This document shows, piece by piece, positions 25,278 to 32,000 of a DNA stretch of 32,000 nucleotides. The notes under the pieces are model-generated. The model ran no database searches, was not told the DNA's origin, and worked only from the letters and a program-made list of their open reading frames with translations. This DNA is from Promethearchaeota archaeon. GTDB lineage: Archaea; Asgardarchaeota; Lokiarchaeia; Sigyniarchaeales; SOKP01. Position numbers and translations under genes: made by a program. The DNA is taken from the NCBI GenBank assembly GCA_030606485.1, contig JAUWGH010000009.1, positions 60,001 through 92,000 of the forward strand. Reading direction: 5' to 3'. Position 1 is the stretch's first letter, and each line of letters opens with the position of its first letter.

Positions 25278-26630
25278 TTATTGGTTTTTTTCCCACACAA
25301 AATCAAGTTGTATAAATTTTCTAATGTACCAATATGTAATAACAAATATTAACGAACATAATGGTCCCCATAAAACTAAACCTAATGAAAAGGTTAAAGG
25401 TCCTACGACAATATCAGGTAATTCTAATATAATCCCCATAATAAACAAACCCAATGCTTGAAAAAGATTTAAAGTTATACTTGGAAAACCAGTATATATG
25501 CCTGCTTTTAATTCCCCTGTTTTTACCTCATCATCTTCAGCAATATCTGCATACATAATTGCAGGGAATAAAGCCCAGCCGCTCAAACACCCTGCTAATC
25601 CAAGGATAAAAAGTATTCCAAATATAAGGGATGAATCCATCGGAATTAATCCTATTAAAGTTAATGGGAGAATAAGAAATCCTAACAGAAAAATACATAA
25701 AAGACTTTGTTTTTTTCCTAATTTTTGTATCACTCTTCTCCATATATATAAGAAACCTAACATCCCAAAAATCATAATACCTGCTGCAATAATATAATCC
25801 ATATCATTAAATTGTAAAACTTCCACGATATATATTAACATTATTCCAGTTATTGTTATAGTAGCTATACCAGAGATACCTTGCATAATGGCTACTAATA
25901 AAAAATTCTTATTTTTTAGAATTGTCTTTAAATTCTGAATTATATTTGATTCTATCTTAAAATGTGGTTCCTTAGCCATTAAAAGGCTAGCTAAATAAAA
26001 TAAAACTACTGGAAATATCCCAAATATTATCACACTATATAAAAATTCTGGCGGAATATTTTCTGGGTTTGTTTGTATTTTTTCAAACACTTCTGTTAAA
26101 ATTACCATTGAAAAAGCTGTAATTACTGCGTATCCAACCATACCAAAAAATTGCTCGTATTGAGACGCTCTGGGTCGGACCTCAACTCTGAATTGTTCAG
26201 CCATCCAAGCTCCATATGGTGAAGTAACGCCATAACATATGTTAAAAATTTGATACCAAACTAATAACCAAATAAATAATACGTCAAGATTAGTGATATC
26301 TAATATTAATCCAGGTAGAAGTAAAAATATGAAAGATAATCCTAGTATTGGACTCAGAATGATTAAATATGGTTTTCTTCTCCCCCATCGTGTATATTTT
26401 GCATCACTAACCCATCCAAAAAAAAATTGAGAGGTAGCGATAGTAAGTTTTCCTAATCCTAAGGCAATACCAACAAGAAATGGAGTTATTTGATAACCTA
26501 AAACATAAAGAGCGAATAAAGCAAAATCAGCAAATCCCATGATAATAGATGTTCCAAATTTTGGCATCCCAAAAGTTACTAATTTACTCGTTTTACTCTT
26601 GGCCCTAGTAATAATTTCTTCTTGATTCAA
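25278..26630 (-). CDS. MFS transporter, GPH family, paralog B
   Basis: Roughly two-thirds identical to paralog A by eye. Aligning the upstream ATATGTGA-N7 with paralog A places the start at TTG 26630 rather than 26654. Confidence 0.88.
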   Translation of the reverse strand: MNQEEIITRAKSKTSKLVTFGMPKFGTSIIMGFADFALFALYVLGYQITPFLVGIALGLGKLTIATSQFFFGWVSDAKYTRWGRRKPYLIILSPILGLSFIFLLLPGLILDITNLDVLFIWLLVWYQIFNICYGVTSPYGAWMAEQFRVEVRPRASQYEQFFGMVGYAVITAFSMVILTEVFEKIQTNPENIPPEFLYSVIIFGIFPVVLFYLASLLMAKEPHFKIESNIIQNLKTILKNKNFLLVAIMQGISGIATITITGIMLIYIVEVLQFNDMDYIIAAGIMIFGMLGFLYIWRRVIQKLGKKQSLLCIFLLGFLILPLTLIGLIPMDSSLIFGILFILGLAGCLSGWALFPAIMYADIAEDDEVKTGELKAGIYTGFPSITLNLFQALGLFIMGIILELPDIVVGPLTFSLGLVLWGPLCSLIFVITYWYIRKFIQLDFVWEKNQ

Positions 26631-26757
26631 AATGTTCTCACATATTTTTTGCAAAAATTTTTTAAAATAAATTGTAAAATAAATAATCTAATAAAAATTC
26701 TGTAAATGAATATAAGAAATTTTTGATTAAATATTAACTATCTTTTCTGTTTATTTT

Positions 26758-26768
26758 AAAAAAAAAAA
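26758..26768 (-). terminator. Oligo-T terminator candidate (T11 on minus strand)
   Basis: A11 run 20 nt beyond the stop at 26789. Confidence 0.4.
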
Positions 26769-26788
26769 TAAAATTTTAGATTAATGAT

Positions 26789-28165
26789 TTATTGAATTTT
26801 TTCTAATTCAATTAATCGTTTTTCATGAAGAACCTTTAGTTTTTCTTGTTGTTCGCAGAAGTTTTTGTAGTTTATTGGGAAGAATTTAAAAATTATTAAA
26901 GCACATAATCCTCCAAGAACAGGAACTAGTGATATTAATAATGTTAAACCGAATAAAGCAGAGGGTGATTGAGTTTCTGATCCCGATTCAAAGCCAGTAA
27001 GTAGTTGAACAGTTGTTAGAGTTATAGCCGCGAGCACAAGAGATAACCTTACTATAAATCCAAAAACTCCGGTATACGTTCCTTCACGTCTTTTTCCAGT
27101 TTTCAATTCATCATAATCTATCGCTGCGCTGACTGCTGGTTCAGTCATCAACATTCCACCTACTCCAAAACCTGGTATGATTGTTATAAGTATTAGCATG
27201 GTAAAATCATTTACAAGAAAAATAGGCCAAATTGTTGCCGTAAATATTCCCATTGATAGGAGTAATCCATATTTTGGTCCTTTTTTTGCATACATCCATC
27301 TCCAAAATAGCACACTAATAAGAATTCCTAATGCGATTCCCAAGAGACCAACACCAATCAATCCTACTTCCACTTCCAGAACAAATAAAGCATATAGAGG
27401 AAGAACCATCATGGTTAAGCCAAATATAGTGTCAAGAATTGCATATGTCAATGTAATAATTAAGAATGGCTTATTCGTAAGAGTCTCTTTAAATGCAGGA
27501 ATGTAAGATAAAGGTTTATCTATTTGATACTCTTTTCTTTCTTTAATTCCAAGAAGTGACAAATACATAAATATTGGTATTGTTAATCCAAAAATTATTC
27601 CAGCCATTGTCCAACTAGTAGCTGAAACAATCATAGGAGTTATTATAACACTAACCATACCTGAAAGAAATGCAAAGGTATCTTTCATAGCTACCATTGT
27701 TGCCCTTTCTTCTTCTTCTTCATACATTTCCGTGTATAATGCAGACCAAGCAGTCATTGCCAATGTAAAACCAAGATCGAATAGAAATAGCATTAGTAAA
27801 GCATGAAAAAATATAGCTGTCTGATCTGTCCATGGAACCCACCATAAAAGTATAAATCCAATAGTAAATGGAATAGTTCCAACGACAATATATGGAACTC
27901 GACGACCCCATTTAGTCACCTTTTTATCCATTAAATATCCAACTAAAGGATCATTAATTGCATTCCAGACACCATAAATTACCCATAAAACACCAAATAA
28001 AAAAGGATCAAGTCCAAGTGTTACTTCATAAAACAATACAATATAAGAACCTATTATTTGATAAGGAAGTGATGAAGGAATAGCTCCCAGAGAATACAGA
28101 AGATGTCCACGTAAGGAATGCACTTTATCTTTTACTTTTTTTTCTTTAATCTTTTTTTCATTCAT
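26789..28165 (-). CDS. MFS transporter, GPH family, divergent third member
   Basis: WNAINDPLVGYLMD, KWGRRVPY, IDYDELKTGKRREGTY. ATG 28165 is preferred over TTG 28174. Confidence 0.88.
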   Translation of the reverse strand: MNEKKIKEKKVKDKVHSLRGHLLYSLGAIPSSLPYQIIGSYIVLFYEVTLGLDPFLFGVLWVIYGVWNAINDPLVGYLMDKKVTKWGRRVPYIVVGTIPFTIGFILLWWVPWTDQTAIFFHALLMLFLFDLGFTLAMTAWSALYTEMYEEEEERATMVAMKDTFAFLSGMVSVIITPMIVSATSWTMAGIIFGLTIPIFMYLSLLGIKERKEYQIDKPLSYIPAFKETLTNKPFLIITLTYAILDTIFGLTMMVLPLYALFVLEVEVGLIGVGLLGIALGILISVLFWRWMYAKKGPKYGLLLSMGIFTATIWPIFLVNDFTMLILITIIPGFGVGGMLMTEPAVSAAIDYDELKTGKRREGTYTGVFGFIVRLSLVLAAITLTTVQLLTGFESGSETQSPSALFGLTLLISLVPVLGGLCALIIFKFFPINYKNFCEQQEKLKVLHEKRLIELEKIQ

Positions 28166-28297
28166 AGTAATCAAATTATATTCTTTCTCTAAGTATAAAA
28201 AGTTTTTTCAAATCAGATTAGGCAATATCTAAGTTTTTCTGGTTTTTTAAGGATTATTCTTTTGAGCTTAGCTTCTAAAAGTTATTTCAAAATCTAT

Positions 28298-29776
28298 TTA
28301 TTTATCTTCTTCTATAACATTTAATCCAAACAATTTAGCGCCAATTAAAAATTTTTCTTTCCAGTCTCCAATAAAAGTTACTCTATGCCAGCCAAAGGTC
28401 TCCCAGTCATAATTTTCCAAAATCGCTTTCACATCACTTTCTACAAGCATCTTCGAGGTGCATCCTTTTTTATCTACGACATTATCTATAATTTTTCCTT
28501 GACGGATGGCAATTTTTTTTTCAAATACACTGATTTTTATTGTTGTTGCAATCTCACCTATTGGGAATTTAACGCGCGGAGTCGCTCCTAAAAATCCAGT
28601 TTCTCCGTGATATACAATATCATATTCGGCAGAAGGACCATCGACACCATATAATTTATTTGGAGCAAGGCAATGCATATAAGTAATTTGATTAGTAACT
28701 GAATCGAGAGTATGATTTGAAACAAATCCCGGTCGTCCAGTTAAATATAAGCCAAAAATATAACTTATAGCACAATCCATATCTGATTCACAAATTCCAT
28801 AAAGACCTTCATTACTTAATTCGAAAAAGGGCATGCAAGGATAAGCTGGAAAAATACCACTTATAAGAAGAGTTCCGCAGTCAGGAGCAACAAAATCGTA
28901 TTTCTTTTCTTTTAAGATATTTTTAAACGCCAGATATAATTTTGCAGAATTTAAAATGGTTTTTTCAGTAGGTTCAATCTCTCTTGCATTTTTAATCCAT
29001 TTCTCTGCAATTTTAGCAGCTTTTTCTTCACTTATTTCATCATAATACTTTCTAATGTCTTCTGGATTTTCTCTTATCATCTCAACACCAAAAATTTCTC
29101 TAAGATTTTCTCTGTATTTATCCTCATCTTTCCTCCATTTATGTGCTTGATCAGTTCCAACTAAATCGAGATAAAATTCAGATTCTCCCTCTCTCATTTT
29201 TCCAACTTGTTCAATGAATTCTGGATGTTCTTTCAAAATTCTACTCCTTTCTGGATTTACTAATCCCAAGACTCCTTCCCAATTTATCTTTTTTGAATCG
29301 GTGGCATAAACTAAGACTTTCTTTCCTTTAATATTTAGGAGATTAATCATATTTTCAATTTGTTTATCAAAATCTTCAATATTTTGTGAAGATATAGGAA
29401 TTACAGGAAAATTCTTATCTTTTATTATGGTGTAAATTTTTGTAAATGTATGATCTCCCCCATAGATATAATTTGCTAAAATTGTAGGTTTCCCAATTTC
29501 GATAAATTCTATGCCTGCTTTTACTATTCCTGGCTCACCATAGTGCCCAATTGTATAGATTAATATCCCATCTGCGTTAAAAATATCTTCTTTGATTTTC
29601 TTAACTAATTGCACATCGTCAGTTGTAACCATTTCACTCTGGCTAAACTCAACTTCAGGATATTTCTTCTTTAGATGGTTGAGAATGGATGTTTTCAAAG
29701 GTTCGTTATCATATCCTAAATAAGGCCAGCCAGCCTCCCATTGAGGTTTTCCAATAAAAATTATTTGTATCTTCAT
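28298..29776 (-). CDS. L-fucose/L-arabinose isomerase-like protein
   Basis: C-terminal CESDMD, HCLAP, TTIK and CTSK resemble the FucI/AraA-family E-D-H metal site. Substrate unknown. Start is ATG 29776 or GTG 29785. Confidence 0.65.
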   Translation of the reverse strand: MKIQIIFIGKPQWEAGWPYLGYDNEPLKTSILNHLKKKYPEVEFSQSEMVTTDDVQLVKKIKEDIFNADGILIYTIGHYGEPGIVKAGIEFIEIGKPTILANYIYGGDHTFTKIYTIIKDKNFPVIPISSQNIEDFDKQIENMINLLNIKGKKVLVYATDSKKINWEGVLGLVNPERSRILKEHPEFIEQVGKMREGESEFYLDLVGTDQAHKWRKDEDKYRENLREIFGVEMIRENPEDIRKYYDEISEEKAAKIAEKWIKNAREIEPTEKTILNSAKLYLAFKNILKEKKYDFVAPDCGTLLISGIFPAYPCMPFFELSNEGLYGICESDMDCAISYIFGLYLTGRPGFVSNHTLDSVTNQITYMHCLAPNKLYGVDGPSAEYDIVYHGETGFLGATPRVKFPIGEIATTIKISVFEKKIAIRQGKIIDNVVDKKGCTSKMLVESDVKAILENYDWETFGWHRVTFIGDWKEKFLIGAKLFGLNVIEEDK

Positions 29777-29895
29777 ATTTTTCACTTTTTAAATAAATTT
29801 AATTCTTTAAATCTTTTTTAATATTAGTTTTATTTAAGCAAAAATTAAATAAATTTTTTTTTAATTAGAAAGAAATTGATTTGAAGATATTTAAA

Positions 29896-30693
29896 TTAAA
29901 TACCTAAAATTTTTCGTGCTTCTGATGGATCTGCTACTTCTCGTCCCATTTCTTTAGATATTCTGACCATTCCAGATACTAGTTCTGCATTATCTTTTGC
30001 AGGAATCCCCTTCTTAATAAAAGGATAATCTTCAGTTCCTATTCGTACATTTCCGCCATGTGCTATGGCTAGAGTTGCAATTTTTATCTGGTTCTCTCCC
30101 ATAACACTTATTGTGTGCAAACAATTTTGAGGCATATATTTTATCCTATGAAAATATTCATCATCAGTCGAAGGAGACCATGTCCCTCCGGGCCAATTAA
30201 AAAACAAGGTTAACACATGAGGTGTTTCTAATAAATTTTTATTAATTAGATAATTCAAATTCCAATAAGACCCAGTATGCCATACTTCCCACTCTGGCTT
30301 TATGTTGAACTCCTTACATTTCACGCAATATTTTTCTAATTCCTCAATAGTATGGAGTTGATTAACTCTTATTTGCGTGAAATACTCATCATGATGATTT
30401 AAAATTATCGAAAGCATATCGGGTTTAGCTTGAAAATCAGCCTCTCTTTCTTCTATTGGATAACTCGACATTCCAGCTTGAATTATAATATCACATCTTT
30501 CCCTAATTTTTTTAACAGTATCAACCTCTTCCCCTCTCGGGAGATGAACATGAGCTATAGAAGCACCTACTTCATAGCATTTTACAATTGATTCTATTAA
30601 ATCATCGGTTGTTTGAGCCCAATTCTTTACATCTGGATAAATCCAGGAATTGGCTGTTGTAGCCGTTAAAATCATTTTTTTAAAATTTTTCAT
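29896..30693 (-). CDS. Beta-keto acid cleavage enzyme (BKACE/DUF849) family protein
   Basis: GASIAHVH (HxH zinc site), KPEWEVW, GGNVRIGTED. Confidence 0.85.
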   Translation of the reverse strand: MKNFKKMILTATTANSWIYPDVKNWAQTTDDLIESIVKCYEVGASIAHVHLPRGEEVDTVKKIRERCDIIIQAGMSSYPIEEREADFQAKPDMLSIILNHHDEYFTQIRVNQLHTIEELEKYCVKCKEFNIKPEWEVWHTGSYWNLNYLINKNLLETPHVLTLFFNWPGGTWSPSTDDEYFHRIKYMPQNCLHTISVMGENQIKIATLAIAHGGNVRIGTEDYPFIKKGIPAKDNAELVSGMVRISKEMGREVADPSEARKILGI

Positions 30694-30944
30694 AAGTTAT
30701 ACATTTTTATTAAGTGTATTTTTTAATTAAAAGAAATTTTTTATTTTAATATAATTTTTGACTCAAATCATATTTTTTTCACTTTTTTAATGAATATATA
30801 TTGTTTAGAACAACCAAGTAGCGCTTTCCCAAATATAAGTGTTAACTAGTAATTCTTTGGACTTATAATATTATAATATAATCAATTTTCTAATAAAATC
30901 AACACTTGAAATGAAGTAAAAAAGAGAGTACCTTGCTTTATTTC

Positions 30945-31268
30945 TTAGAATCTTATTTTTTTTGCTTTATATAACTCAATATATTCATATAATAGTGCTT
31001 CTAAAAAAAACCCAATTTCATCTTCACCGACAATATCACAATATTTCTCAGTGATGGTGGGATCATACATAGCATAGGTTTTAGTTTTAGAATCGAAATC
31101 AATATTAAAAAATTTTCCCTTAAGTATGTCTAGTTTCTTATTTAATTTTTCAATTAATTCTTTTCTTAAGGATTTTACTATAGCTTTTGAAATTTTTTTT
31201 CTAGAATTAGCATCTGCCTTAATTAAATTTAATTTTAATGGATTCCATTCATTTTTATTATTTATCAT
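30945..31268 (-). CDS. Hypothetical protein (107 aa)
   Basis: GGTGGA RBS at 31280-31275 and an ATG start. No family recognised. Confidence 0.55.
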   Translation of the reverse strand: MINNKNEWNPLKLNLIKADANSRKKISKAIVKSLRKELIEKLNKKLDILKGKFFNIDFDSKTKTYAMYDPTITEKYCDIVGEDEIGFFLEALLYEYIELYKAKKIRF

Positions 31269-31522
31269 AAATTATCCACCATTGATTTTCTATCTAATAT
31301 GGTGTCATTATTATTTATAAATATAATTTCTATTTTTCTAAAAAAAAATAAAATTTATTCTTCTTTTTACTAAAAAATTTCTTTTAAATTATCTAAGATG
31401 ATGTATTTTCTAACTTCAAGGAAAAAAATCAAGAACAAATAAATAAAATTATTTAATATATCCATTTAAATTAAAAATTAAAAATTAAAATTTTCATATC
31501 TATAAATTATTGTGAAATTATT

Positions 31523-32000
31523 ATCTCGCAAGAATCAATAGTATATTGGGCTCCCCCATATGAAGTCGCTACATTAAGAAACACTGCTGAAAATATGGTA
31601 ACAAATAATCTAGTAAAAACACGCCTAATTTTAGACAAAATATTGGATAACATCAATTCTGGAGATAAAGTTGGAGTAAAAGTTCATGTTGGAGAAGCCT
31701 ATAATACACGCTATTTGCGTCATGATTATGTACATGAGGTTGTTGATTTTATTAAATCAAAAGGAGGTATTCCTACGCTTATAGAAACCCAAGGTATTGG
31801 AATGAACGTCAAGCACTTAAATATCTCTGAAAATTACTCGATTCGTCTTGGATGCAGAAAAACTGCAACTGAACATAAAAAAACTGCTAATCTTCATGGA
31901 TATAATGAGTCTTTAATCGGAGCTCCGCTAAAATTTATTGATGGGGAAAATGGAATTGATGGAAAAATTATTGAAATAGATGGTATTCACTTAAAAGATG
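31523..32000 (+). CDS. DUF362 family (COG2768-like) putative Fe-S protein, 3'-truncated by window edge
   Basis: GDKVGVKVHVGE, VVDFIKSKGGIP, HGY, APLKFIDG match the DUF362 N-terminus. Absent from the ORF track. Start is either ATC 31523 or ATG 31595. Confidence 0.75.
   Translation, partial: MSQESIVYWAPPYEVATLRNTAENMVTNNLVKTRLILDKILDNINSGDKVGVKVHVGEAYNTRYLRHDYVHEVVDFIKSKGGIPTLIETQGIGMNVKHLNISENYSIRLGCRKTATEHKKTANLHGYNESLIGAPLKFIDGENGIDGKIIEIDGIHLKD

Noticed and set aside
486-31320. Short antisense or overlapping ORFs in the track (e.g. 486-683, 2825-3037, 4004-4441, 8871-9155, 10715-11122, 16140-16472, 20478-20738, 22212-22643, 24086-24439, 27177-27506, 31126-31320)
   Set aside because: They lie inside or opposite well-supported genes, have no recognisable motifs or RBS, and are expected shadow frames.
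31466-31494. Short TTAAAAA tandem repeats
   Set aside because: Low-complexity AT sequence, only about three units, with no spacers; not CRISPR-like.
1-32000. tRNA, rRNA or CRISPR arrays
   Set aside because: The intergenic gaps are short and very AT-rich, with no GC-rich stems, cloverleaf motifs or regularly spaced repeats seen by eye.

Overview
AT-rich archaeal DNA, most consistent with an Asgard (Lokiarchaeia-like) genome. This is an inference from the archaeal-type AsnRS, a CofE-like ligase, a roadblock protein, GGAGG/GGTGA ribosome-binding sites, TATA boxes and oligo-T terminators. The left half is mostly housekeeping: ABC-2 exporter, gyrB-gyrA, divergent folP / CofE-like ligase, asnS-gatA-gatB, roadblock, GNAT. 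The right half is accessory: a Gfo/Idh/MocA oxidoreductase, then a 1147-aa two-TM repeat glycoprotein flanked by two SCP2 lipid-binding genes (one frameshifted and missed by the ORF track), a crotonase, and a catabolic cluster (M24 hydrolase, SDR, three GPH-family MFS transporters, fucose-isomerase-like protein, BKACE). The window ends in a partial DUF362 gene. The best candidate for an undescribed system is the SCP2 / repeat-glycoprotein / SCP2 / crotonase locus, a possible lipid-capture system. Other points of interest: probable ATA and ATC start codons, AsnRS clustered with GatAB without gatC, a symmetric bidirectional promoter linking folP with the CofE-like gene, and resistance-type residues in the gyrase quinolone-binding region. 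No rRNA, tRNA, CRISPR array or transposase was recognised. All family calls come from motif recognition; no database search was run.
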